A stretch of 64,000 nucleotides of DNA from Fimicolochytrium jonesii (taxonomy: Eukaryota), in assembly GCF_025526975.1 (NCBI RefSeq), contig NW_026515669.1:682001-746000 (forward strand). The letters run 5' to 3'. Shown here in pieces: positions 11,744-25,669 of this stretch. The notes under the pieces were generated by a model. The model made no database searches and was not told the DNA's origin. It saw nothing but the letters and a program-made list of their open reading frames with translations. Position numbers and translations under genes: made by a program. Numbering within the stretch: the first letter of the stretch is position 1; every line of letters begins with the position of its first letter.

Positions 11744-13084
11744 TGTGGCCATCCAATGCTTGTGTGCGGAGGGCTTGCTGCTCATTGTATATTGTCTTCT
11801 GGATGGCGGAGCACGGGTCCACATGCTGTCGTAAAGTGGTGACAACTTGGCGTAGCTGAACGTTTGCCTGAAGGAGCACATGTGTCATTCCTCTCTGGGA
11901 ATCGGTGAGTCTCCGCAGAATTGGGTGGGCGGCAGGGTTGTGGGAGGGCTCGTGGTTATGTTCACCATGAACTACGGTCAGATGCCATTGATAATCCAGC
12001 GCTTTGTACGATCGGACTTATAGCTTGAACGGGCAATTGGTTCCCTGGGTTGACGTGTTCCTCAGGTGAACATCAAAATGTTGGGGAGATGGGCGTCGGG
12101 TTCCATGGCGGTCGCACACCAGATAGGTACTGACACCAGGGCGGGAGTTGATTTTGGTGACAGCGTAGCCTTGGGCAGAAGTGAATGCCTTTACGTTGTG
12201 CATACATTCCTCTAGCGTGCCATACAGGGGCTCGGTGGGTGGGGGAAGCATGTGTGCGTATGTGGCTCACTTCCTGCACGCGAAAATGCTCAAGAAAGGT
12301 AACTGGGGTGGAAGGTCACGTCAGAAGTGAGCCTCAATTTACCCATGGACCCAGGGGCACACCGACTGCAGTCGCCTTTTATATGTGGCAGAGGCGACGC
12401 GTCGCAATCAGACTGTCAAAAGCCACTGTCAAAAGCGCGGAGGGTAGCGTGGATAGCAAACACGGGTAGCGTCGTTAGCAATTCCCTATATATATACGCG
12501 TCTGGCAGGAATGGACAAAGAGGAAGGTCTTTTGGAAGCGCTATACGCAACTAAGAAATACTTCGGTCACCATTTGTGGATTGGGAAGCATTCAATGAAA
12601 TCTTTGGAACCCGAAGACCCCGCCCATGGTCAAGGCCTGGGCCTGGACTTCAAAAAACCATCGTTTCAAAGCATCGATGCATGTGTTCAGTGGTGTCTCA
12701 GATACGGATGTCTTCCTATACATTGTAGCTGTTTTGCTGTAGTATGGTTCTAGTGCCGATAAAGCATCAAGTGCGGTCTCTGTTGATGTTGCAACGAGTT
12801 GGATTTGCGATCTCTGACGTACGCAAGGAACCCCAAGCGACTCAACGCAAACTTCCAAGGGCTGTGGTGTTGGCAGCGTGTCCACAGCGCATATCTGGAA
12901 TATGGGTCAGACCGATTGATAGGTTCCAAGCACAGCGAGCATCGGGTTGATTTTCGATGACGATGAAATCGAAGCTCTCATCTGAACCTTCACATCCGAC
13001 CAACGCCTTCCAGTCGACCGACATCACGCAACGGCCATCGCAAACGGCTGACTGGGGTTGTTTTTCGAAGATGTCGATGTACAA

Positions 13085-13770
13085 TCAAGCTCCTTTGTAA
13101 TTGTAGCGCACATTATCCATCTGCTCTATCAGCTGCCCTATATCCCGTCCCGCTTTACGCACATACAGCTGTGCCCCAACAACAAGTAAGGGTACGGCGT
13201 TGATCCATAAGGATATAGGCAGATACAGAATCGTCACTATAGGTTTGTTGCTGCTCCAGATGGCAATTAACGCTATCGGTAAGGGTATCAGAGTAACACC
13301 GATGCTGGGCCGAAGCCGTGATTGCAATAAAAGGTATTGAGAGGCTATTGTTGATCCCAACGCGATAATGTAGGAGAGCGTCGTGGTCGTGTCCTTGGAC
13401 GTCAGAACACTGACCAGTAGCCTGCGGGTTCCGGTATATCAGACACTCCGCTGCTCGTAAGACAGTCGCTCAAACGTGCCCACTCACATTATCAAGGCAG
13501 GTATTCCGAGATATTTTGCCACCGAATCATACTGCCCCTGCGCTGCATCATTCTGGCTTCGTAATTGTTCAATTACATCTTCCTGTTCTTTTGGGGGCGT
13601 ACTCGGAAAGTCAGGCGAATTCCTCTATGATGATCTCCGGGCCCTCAGCGCGTGAAGGAATCAGGAACCAGGAAACAGGCGACAGAATACATACGCTGCT
13701 CGTCCAACAAGTCACCTTCGGTGACCCTGGAGTCGTCCTGCTGTTGCTGAAAGGGTAGTCGTTTGTGCAT
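13085..13770 (-). CDS. Conserved hypothetical small membrane protein (spliced)
   Basis: MHKRLPF..LLDEQ / EQEDVIEQLRSQND.. / hydrophobic helices ending MDNVRYNYKGA; GTATGT and GTGAGT donors. The LDEQ..EQE..I..L start and RYxYKGA end resemble a fungal uncharacterised family. Confidence 0.6.
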
Positions 13771-14118
13771 GTTGCTGAGGAGTACTGTACTCGTCGCCGG
13801 GTCGTCAAGACTCAATTGTCAAGAGGGATGGCAGAGTCAGAGGGGTGATTTACTGTACAGTATGTGTCGCGCTGCGCATTTGGGAGTTCTTGCTGGCGCG
13901 AGACTCGCTCCATTCGCTCCTGTGTTTTCTGCTGGAAACTTGCTCCCCGAAAACCCAACATTGCTCGTCTCACTGTGCTCTCCGGTCAGCACGCTCACGC
14001 ACTAAGCTAAACAACAGTGCACTTGCTCCCACTGTTGTGTCTTTGGTCTTCAGACAAATATTTAAGCTCTTACTAGCTCACAAGAACCTTTGAACAGCCC
14101 TCCCTGCAAAATATTAAA

Positions 14119-16259
<2,141 letters not shown>

Positions 16260-16912
16260 AGCCCATCAAACGTCCTTCCCATGTGCTTATTGTAATGTAG
16301 TGATCGCTTGATATACTCGGGCGCACGGGCCTTATGAGACGCTCGTTCTTGTACAAATGATGAAACGATGAATATCTCGAAGCGGAACCTTGACGCGTAT
16401 ATCCTGCTTGAAGCCTGGAACGCAATTTTCGATGTTGGCAGCCCTGGACGCTTTCAGAATGGGTACTTTTCCTTTTCCTTATCCTTGTCACAGGGTGTGA
16501 CTTCACTGCCGCGCCTGATGGAGCACGTCTAGACATATAGTAAACCCTGCCGTGCCACTTCCCATCTACGAACGGCCCCGAGATAGCGAGGCATTCGGAG
16601 TCTGCTGAAAGGAAGCACTCGGCGTCCGAAGCCTCTGACGTTTTGGACGGCTGATCCCTGAAAACGCGTCGACATCGCAGGGATCAATCGCCCTCCCGCG
16701 GCTTGACCGGAAAGCCACTGGGACCGTGGCTGCGTTTCTCCGATGGCACGCAAGCGACGTATAAAAGAAGCTTCGTCCATTGCCATTTGATCAGGACCAA
16801 ACACACACAAGGTACGTCGTTTGACAGCCGTTGCCTTGGCACAATGCGTTGGTAACGACCAGAAGGTTCACAGTTTTCCGCGCGTCCACAGGCACCCAAA
16901 AACCAACTCAGA

Positions 16913-19145
16913 ATGGCGAAAGTTGAGGAACCCAAAATGTCGGGAGGGTGGGCAAACAGCCCCGAGGACGAAGACGATGAGGACGACGAAGAAATCGAAC
17001 GGGCGGAAGACGAGGCAAGCTCCCCGGGAGGCGTTGCCGACGCCACGCCGGGGGTGACAGTCGACAAGCGGGCCGTCAAGAACCGCGCCGCCGAAGCGGA
17101 GAAGGAGCTGGACAGCGACATAGCGGAGGCGCAGGACGCGCTCGAACTCTTCCTCAATTCCCGCTTCGCCGAAGCCGAACGCAGATTGAGCGCCAAAAAT
17201 GGGCGGTCGTTGGTATGTTCCATTGGTTGTGAGTGTCACTTTTGTGCCGCTTCCATAGCTAACGAAATTAACACAGTACCACACCTTGGGGTACGCGACC
17301 ATCTCGTACCTCCGCGCGCTCTTCACGTTCGATCCCTCCGATGTCCGCAAGGCCACAGAGTCGTTGCGCAATGCCGTGGAGATTGCCGCGATATACAAGA
17401 AAGAGACGAGCCTCGTTTCCTCGTTCACGAGCATGATGACGCGTTCCAAAGAAGGAAGCCACATCAAGCACATGACGAAACTACAGCGCCATGCCGAGCT
17501 GGTCCACGCCGAAGCGCATCTGGCCAAATCGATGTTGTCGCTGATCACCGACAGCAACATCATTGCGTTTGTCAGGGAGGGGTTGAACATCCGAGCCGCT
17601 TACAACTCGTATAAGAACTGCTACAAGTTCTTGCAGAGGACGTATGATGAGGAGGGTGGCGCGCAAGGTCTGGCCAAGGCTGGAATCGACGAGCATTTCG
17701 TGTCCGGAATCCTACTGGGCATCGGCGCCTTCAACCTATCGCTTTCGATGATGCCTGCGAAGGTGTTGCGGCTATTCGAACTGATCGGCTTCTCTGGCGA
17801 CAGAGATTTCGGACTATCGCGACTGGAAATAGGCGGCGAATGGCCCATCCGGAACCGAGCAGGGATATACGACCATAAAGTCAAACCCGCAGCTCGTCCG
17901 AAATCGGCAACCAGGAAGTCCGATGAGGACATCGCAGCGAACAGCCAGACCGTCCCATTCGCCATGCCCCATGACTCTGGCAGTGGCGTGTCAGGTGTCC
18001 GCAAAGCGCTATGTGACCTCGTCTTGCTCGGCTACCACATCATCCTCTCCTCCCTCGTTCAATTACCCGACTGCGATATGGATTTCGCAAAGCAGATCCT
18101 GGCGTATAACTTGGAAAGGCACCCCAACAGTTTCATCTTCCTGGCCATGCGCGCCAGGGTTGCCCAGACCGAAGGCAATCCAGCCCAGGCTATCAGCGAG
18201 TACAAGCGGGTGATTGAGATTCAGAACGAGTGGAGGCAACTGGTGCATCTCTGTATTTGGGACTCAGCCACATGTTACGGAGCGCTCGGAAATTGGTCCG
18301 ATGCGCATGACATGCACGAAACCTTGTTCAAGGAAAGCAAGTGGTCAAAGGCCATTTACAAGTACTTGCAAGCGATATCGCTGTACGCTCAGGATATCAA
18401 CGGGGACAAGAAAGAACAAGTGGGCGAAATGTTGAAGGAGGTGCCTAAACTGACAAAGAAGATCGCGGGCAAGTCGATACCGATGGAGAAGTTTGTATCG
18501 CGAAAATGCCGGAAATGGCAGCTACAGGGCGGACGATTGTTTTTGCCGCACTTTGAGATGCTCTACATCATGAACGGGTTCGATATCATTCCACAATCCG
18601 AGCTGCCGAACTTCCTCGCCAGACTGGACAATGCGATCCAGGACCTGGAGACACAGGCGAAGCAGGCGGCCCCAACAGCCAAGCAGTCGAATATGCCGTA
18701 TCCCACGTACTACGATGACCTCTGCCTCGTGCGCCTACTCAAAGGCGTCCTGACCCGCGAGTCCGCAACACCTCATTCGCAAACCCTCTTTCCCGTCACA
18801 ACGCTCGCAAAACAACCTCCACCCACAGCCGACCAGCAACAAGCTCTTGACTACGCCGCAAGACAATTCGAGTACGTGGTCATGCACGCCGATAAGATAC
18901 ATCTCGACCACTGGATCGTGCCGTTTACGAGGTTGGAGGCGGGTAAATTATACGTGCGGTCGCGACAGTATGAGAAGGCGAGGAAGGAGTATACCGCCGC
19001 GTTGAGCGGAGGGTTTGCCGAGGACGAGGTGGGACACAACGGAGCGCCGAAGAAGTACAGCTTGGAAAATGCATTGCACTTCCGGGTGCATAACGCGATT
19101 GTGAAGCTGGACGCGCTGGAGAGGGTCTCTGGCGAATCGCGCTGA
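16913..19145 (+). CDS. TTC39/IML2-family TPR protein
   Basis: ALELFLNSRF, HAELVHAEAHL, GIGAFNLSLSMMP..LFELIGFSGDR, SKWSKAIY, IAGKSIPMEKF, KYSLENALHFRVH; one intron at ~17213-17276. Confidence 0.88.
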
Positions 19146-19420
19146 TCTCGAGTCGGCGTTGGACACCTACTGTGACGGGCGAAGGATGGACGGTGCATAG
19201 AAGGGATTATCGGTCATTCGATCAGGTCGAAACAGATCTTATCCTTAGATTTCTTGGATGTCTACAGTTGTAGTAGTGACAATAATGCAACGATATTGTT
19301 TTGGGACACTGAAAGCATTGCGTGCATATGCTTAGCGAGAAGTCACCGAACTTCGGCTTTTAGTGGAAAACTGCCTGAATGTATTTCCTGCCTGCATGCA
19401 GTTTCTCATTATGGCGTCGC

Positions 19421-20046
19421 TCAACTCGTTGCGGCTGCAGGTTTAGGATCGCTTGCTTTTGAGTTCACGCTGTCCATCATAGCCCCTTGCTTGGCAAGTA
19501 CATCCGGTGCCTCATTGCCTGGGATTCCGGTATGTGCCCGCACATGTCGCTATCGAGCTATCAATATGCTGACTCACCGCAATTCCCACATGGAAATGCG
19601 TTTCTCAACTCCGCTAACCGAAGGCACAAGTCCTTATTGCGCACATCCGTTCCCTCCCTCGTTATCCACCCATTCCATATCCACCCCTGCATCCACTCAT
19701 CAAACTCCGGTCTCATATAGGACGAATCAGAAAAGATGATGACCGGCCGACAGGGCGGTGTGGGAGGCAGCATGATCTCCATCGCCCGAATCACCGCAAA
19801 ACCTTCCGCGCGGTTGTTCGTTTGTACTGGGCCGGGCAGGCGGGCGCTCATGTTGCGGGGATCGGACGGGCCGAAGAAGATGCCTATCCCTGCACGGGCG
19901 TGGTGTGCCCCATTACCCAGACATGAACCGTCGGTGTAGATCAATATGGGGTCATTGTTGTCTCTTGGTGGACCTGGGGCCGACGGAAAGTGCGATTCGT
20001 CCGTTGGAACAGGGATTCGTCGAGGCCCAAGACGGCCGTAAGACAA
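19421..20046 (-). pseudogene. RNase H1-like catalytic domain, probably degenerate
   Basis: IYTDGSCLGNG, QTNNRAE, FSDSSY, VRNKDL, then HVRAHTGIPGNEAPDVLAK in another frame. No in-frame ATG upstream and no hybrid-binding domain. Confidence 0.75.
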
Positions 20047-20301
20047 GCTTGTAAATCGCTTGTTCGCGCGTCATGTCGACCTCGGAGTAAGTCCGAACAG
20101 TCCGAGGCGCAAGCCTCATCGCGCTCATGGCGTGAACACTCAAACCCCATGTGCGAACAAACTTTTTTTCTAACGCAGGGACTTCCAACTCGCGTGGGCA
20201 GCGCATTCGACTCCCGAGGAGGGTATGTGATTGGAAAAAGGAAACCAAGGAAAAAGTGACGAAAGTGGCCATCAACTATCGGACAGATAAAGCTACAGTA
20301 T

Positions 20302-22219
20302 CTACATCTTGGGTGGGGACCAATTGTACTCCGCATCCCTCTTGAACCCATACTTCTCCACAAACTTGCTCAAGCTGGCGGGACCCCGGGAGCCGAACGG
20401 GTAGAGCTCGGGCTTGATCTTTTCGCCCTCAATCTTGTGCAACAAAGGCGTGAAGATCTTCCACGCGGCATCCAACTCGTCGTCACGGACGAAGTTCGCC
20501 TTGTCACCTTTTATCACGTCAAGGATCAGGCTTTCGTATGCGTCAGGGATCTTGACGTCTTGGTATCGGCGGGAGTAGGAAAGGTCCAGCTCAGATGTGA
20601 TGGCCGTTGACGACAATCCAGGCTGCTTGTTGTTGAACTTCATGTAAACAGCTTCTTCGGGCTGGACGCGAACGACGAGCTCGTTGCGCGCTACGCCGGG
20701 GTAAATGTTGCCCGGCACGTCTTGGAATTGGATCCGGACCTCGGTCTTCTGTGCGTCGAGTGCTAGAAGGAGAGAAAGAAATAGGCGAATGCACTTGATG
20801 AGCACCATCGACTTTGCGTATCAAAGTTTTATCCAATCTTGACTAACCTTTGCCGCATTTGAGGATGAATGGCACGCCGTTCCAGCGTTCGTTTTTGATC
20901 TGAAACGCAGCGGCAGCGAAAGTGGGCGTAACGGAGTCCTTGGGGACACCCTCATCGTCCAAGTATCCCGCTTCCTTGCCGTCTTCGCTCTTGGTGTATT
21001 GTCCCAAGAGGACATTGTCCAGAGTCAAGGGTTCGATTGCGCGAAGAACCTTAACCTTTTCATCCCGAACGTGCTCTGCGTCCAAGGACTGGGGCTTGTC
21101 CATAGCTACGATGGACAAGATTTGCAACAAATGGTTTTGCATGATCTGGTGACAACGTTAAGTTTAGGTTTCGGACCGCTCAGGAAAATATGACAGAGAG
21201 TCACATACATCTCTGATGATTCCGAATTCGTCAAAGTAGCCTCCACGCCCCTGCGTCCCGATCGGCTCTTTGAACGTGATCTGTACATTGTCAATGTATT
21301 GCCGATTCCAGATTGCACCAAAAAAGATGTTGGCGAAGCTATCGGTTCGCAGTTGTGGGTTAGCTTCAATCAATTACATCAGTCGGGATTAAGCGGAAGG
21401 ACATACCGAAGGATCATCAAGTTTTTGACCATTTCCTTCCCAAGATAGTGGTCGATCCGGTAAATCTGCAATGGTTTGATCGGATTAGGAGGCATTCAGC
21501 GATTCAAAGTGCCTCACAGGTGAACGAGCCTCTTCCTCTTGCCAATGTTGGGAAAGGGCCTGAGCAAGTTTGTCGGAAGATTCGGAGTCTTTTCCAAAGG
21601 GCTTTTCCACAATCAACCGGTTGTTGCCATCCTTTGCATAAACATGTTGCCTCAATCCTTCCGAGGCCGGAATGAACACGCTTGGCGGCAAAGCCATGTA
21701 GAACACCCGGTGCTTTGCACCGCTAGCGTTCTTTTGAATATTATCCACGGCCTCATTCAACTTCTTGAATGACTCGGCATCGTCGTATTTGCCCGAGACG
21801 TATGTGCAGCGACCCAGGAACTTTGTGAGGAAAGACTTTTCCTCATCGTTACTAGTCTTGATCTTTGACGAAACTCGTTTACGGAAGTCGTCTAGTTCAA
21901 TATGGCTTCGTGCATAGCCAACAATGTCCGTGTTTTGCGGAACAAAGCCATTCTTATAGAGACCGAATAGTGCAGGGTAGGTCTTCTTGAAAGCCAGATC
22001 ACCTATTCACATCCAAGGCACTTGTCAGTTTGAGGATGTGCTGGCAAGGGGCGAGACGCTGTCCAGGTGCATACCTGAGGCACCGAGCACTACACATCAA
22101 TGGAAGAGAGGGATAAGTCAGTTCGAAGCCTGGAGCAGAGGCGGCCAAAGGAAGGGCGAAGGAAGAATACCGATGATGACGGTGCTGTCACTCTTTGAAG
22201 GGCTCAGAGGGCCGGCCAT
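20302..22219 (-). CDS. ZWF1: Glucose-6-phosphate 1-dehydrogenase (multi-exon)
   Basis: [79 protein letters not shown]. Confidence 0.97.
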
Positions 22220-22837
22220 CTTGGGGGTCAAAACTGCAGAGGTGTTCACGCGTTGAGCTTCTGTTCAATAGGAACCTCGTAACCAGGACTTGCGACGGTA
22301 AGGAGAGAGAGCGAGGTTGGTGGAGTCGGCGGGTTTATAGTTTGCAGATGGAGTAGCAGATCTGACGACAGGACATGGACATGGACTACTTTTGTACTGT
22401 ATTTGCGGCTGAGCCTCCCGTCCAATAACGCCCGCCTCCGGGGGAGAGTAGTGACTCTCTGATGCGGAGCAAGATATCCGACGCACGCACCGCTTCCGAT
22501 ATCACAGCGAACACGCTCTTCAAACACGCAACGTCACCTTTGTATTACAAACCCCCACTGTGTCGAACAGGTAAGTATATTCATATGCGGGTCACGTGCG
22601 CATTGGTGTAACGAGGCGTGCCCTCCCTCAAGGAGGAGCAGAGGAGGACAAGAGGAGAGGGCCAGGGGCGGAAAGAATAGGCTGACTGACTCACAGCCTA
22701 CAGGCCGCACAAAAAAGCCGCATTGAAAAAACCTTCCGCCTTGCCTTGAACAACACCGAACTTACACGCTTTGAATGCTCTGACATCGTCCAGCCAAACC
22801 GTAGCGTCGCCGGCAGGGCATCGGCACTGACCTAGCA

Positions 22838-24943
22838 ATGTTGGGCAACAACAACAATAACAATAATATCCGGAAGAGATATGACCACGCCGTCACTCTC
22901 GTGGGCTTCCCAATTTTCCAAGCAGAGGACCCGCTCTATAAGCTTTTCCGCTATAAACTGAAGGAACGGTATCCTCTCGCTGCCCAAATATATCAAAATC
23001 GTGGAGGTTCGCATCACTCGCCATATCTTCGCTATAATCAAACAGGGTTGTCTTTCTCTTACACAAGCGACTGACCTGTCTCCTCTCGAATAGGCGTATT
23101 GGCTTCCATTTATTATTACGACCTGCAGGACCTCGAGAAAGACCAGAAGTCTAACCCGCGAATCTGGAGTTTCACTCATGGCGGCCGAACTCATTCGATC
23201 AAGGATGTGACAAACTCCCGTAGGATTGGCAGGATCACCATCACTACGACTGCATCCACTAAAGCGATCTTGAATGCTCTCGACGTCCCGCAACCTCCTT
23301 TGGCGTGGATCGATGCCCGCCACCGTGATGGGAAATTCATTTATTTGCAAGAAGGCGCCGAGAGTTACCTCAAGGGATTCGGCGGAAAGGAGAGCGCCCA
23401 AATCGATGGCGTGGATTGTCCGATTAGAGTTGAGGTTTACAATAATGCTGAAGGTGGAGCCGCTGCAGGTGATAAGGAGAAGCAGAAGGAAGCGAAGAAG
23501 ACCGAAGGGGCGAAGAAAGACGAATCCGGGGATAAGTCTACTAAAAGCGGAGAGACCGAACAGTCGGGGAAGACTGTGGAAGCCCCGCCACCGAGCACTA
23601 AGATAGATCGGCCTTGGAATGTAGTCGGCCTTCCAGCAGAAGCGAATAAGCAGCCCGCGAACTCTGCGTCCGCGAAAACTACCTCTGGCCCCAGCGAAGC
23701 CTCCGCTCGCTCGGCGTGGGATTTAATCACCCCATCCCGTGCGGTCAACGACGTTACCAGCGAGGCTGCATCTTTGGACAACCCTGAACGAACGCTTTCC
23801 ACGCGATCTTCTGAGAGTTTCGGCAGATCCATCTGGAGTGTTCCTGACAACTTCCCGGGTCGAGCTGACACGATCAGCAGGAGCTCGCCGGATTTCCATT
23901 CTCCTCACGCGAAGGACGACGTGGGTCCCATTATTATGCCGGTAACCGCCGAGCCTTTCGACGAGGAGGATGGGCTGGATGAGTCCACCCCTCTTCCGAT
24001 CGAAGTAGATGAGGAGAACGAAAGCAGAAACAAGCCGCAGCAAATCTTTAAGCAATACAGTAGCGTACCAACGACGCCAATGACCATGGGCATTCAGCCT
24101 CCATCGCAATTGAACCACAATTTGCAACAACAATTGAAAACTGCGCACTTGCTCCTAGCAGACTTGAACAATCATCGGTCCTCGTCGGAAGACGAAATGC
24201 AGCGTCTTCGTGACGCTGTGGCTGAAAAGTGTCGCGATCTGGACACGCTCCTGAACGAGCTTAACGACACCCGACGTGAACTCGCATCCACAAAGCAGAG
24301 GATGACCGATGTGGAGCAGCAGCTGCTCAAGAAAGATGGATACGAGCTTGCTTTGAAAGAAAGGATACAGGAGAGGGACGCGAGCGCGAGAGTAATTGAG
24401 GAGATTGGTAGGGAGGTCGAAGGGCAGAGATCGATGCTTGCCCAGGCTTTAGCGGGCAGAACAATAATAGGTTCGTCTTCATTCTTTCCCAGTGTCCGGC
24501 TCCTCATGAAGTAGGTAGGCTGGCTTACCGTAGCTTTACTCCTCACAGATACACTTTGCTTAAGCCTCATGAACGGAGGCCACACCTTCGCGCCGGAAGT
24601 CGCCAGGCCCGGCCCCGCAATCCCCAACTTTAGCGACATCCTCCAAAACTGCATGTGCGACACCTGCAGAGCGACGTTTCAAATGATGCACAGGTCCAAA
24701 TTTCCTGGCCCGAACCCGAAACTCACCGTCGCGCAGCTCCGTTCGAGTTTGGCGGCCGCGTACGAACGATTCGACAGGATGGCCCGATTTCCTCCGGGCG
24801 GATGGAATCGACGAAAGAGCGAATCCGGAATCAATGGTGTGCGGACTGATGAACCCATGTTTGCCAATCTGGGCGATGTTGCCATGGAGGTGGCTCTGAA
24901 TGCTTTGGCGGAGCTGGCGCCTGGCATTCTCGGATGGGCTTGA
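22838..24943 (+). CDS. Hypothetical protein with low-complexity centre and coiled coil (about 3 exons)
   Basis: 471-aa central ORF with a heptad-rich segment; GT-AG introns at ~22968-23093 and ~24469-24548 join the flanking ORFs. Confidence 0.6.
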
Positions 24944-25626
24944 TCGAGCTCGCTGGAGAATGTGGATCGGAATCAGCGAACTCCTTTCTGGGATTTCCTG
25001 GTAGTTTAAAAGCAGTGTAGCGAACGCAGAATGAAATAACGTCGAAACGGCGTAATATGTAGATCATGTGGAAAAGGTCGAGCAAACCTATAGTTTCTGA
25101 TAACAAAAAACGACTATCAATTCAATGCACTTGAGAAATTCTGCGAAATTATCGTCGGGGATGCCCCATCTCTTGTTGCCGTGCTGGCAGTGGTGTCGGT
25201 GCGCGACACCAATGCACCCACATGGTGCATTCAATGCTTGACCTCCAGCACAGGGACCAGGAACAGTCGCACGATACACTTGTCCGTGCGTAGATCTCGG
25301 ATGCTGAAACACGAAAGACTAGGCGCGAACGCCTCTTGGCACACTGCATGCGCGTTACCTTTCGCGTTTTGTGCTTACGAGATTGACGGGTTATTGACAG
25401 CAGGTGGCCAGGGATTCTACATCAATGGCCTATGCCTTCTCCATTTACTCAAGGACCACTGTGGTAGATTCGCGACCACAGGCTTCAGCTTGCCTACCTT
25501 CACTGGCGTCATAAGATTACAGGTCAAAGGTCAGGGCGGTATTTTGCTGTCAGCGAGGAGGCTGCTATCTTCCTGGTTTGATGATTACAAGTTGTACAAT
25601 CTTAAATCATCGTCCTAAACTGTATA

Positions 25627-25669
25627 GGTAGTTGCTAACGACGCTACCCGTGTTGCTATCCACGCTACC
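25627..25669 (+). repeat. Orphan copy of the MULE terminal inverted repeat
   Basis: GGTAGTTGCTAACGACGCTACCCGTGTTGCTATCCACGCTACC is nearly identical to the TIRs at 2373 and 12486 and is preceded by TATA. No partner TIR was found nearby. Confidence 0.8.

Larger units (their letters stand above)
3578..12251 (-). pseudogene. MULE transposase (FAR1-like N-terminus, MULE DDE domain, SWIM, C-terminal CCHC), split by the Gypsy element and the solo LTR
   Basis: 12251 MLPPP..AQGYAV..YLVCDRHG..TNCPF; 5387-5660 FMDCTYKTDKFKMP; LTDCEKALMNAI..LLCVWHIQKN; YLTETWLPYKERFTAAWT..NTSRVEGGHATIK; CS/GAFTTTMGIPCSH; CRLCRESGHDARTC. A 56-nt intron lies at 5096-5151. Confidence 0.92.
2373..12486 (-). mobile_element. 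Mutator-like element (MULE) carrying a histone H3-like gene, with two nested LTR insertions
   Basis: 50-bp TIRs GGGAATTGCTAAC(A/G)ACGCTACCCGTGTTTGCTATCCA.. at 2373-2422 and 12437-12486 (47/50 identical). Flanked by TATATATA on both sides (2365-2372, 12487-12494). Subterminal tandem repeats (TGCAGATCATTTT x2; ACTGTCAAAAGC x2) and an internal MULE transposase. Confidence 0.92.

Noticed and set aside
2315..12950. A host gene whose intron received the MULE (GTAAGA at ~2330, TGGCAG at ~12508, ORFs at 12511-12950)
   Set aside because: The splice-like signals exist, but the joined frames give no recognisable protein and contain stops.
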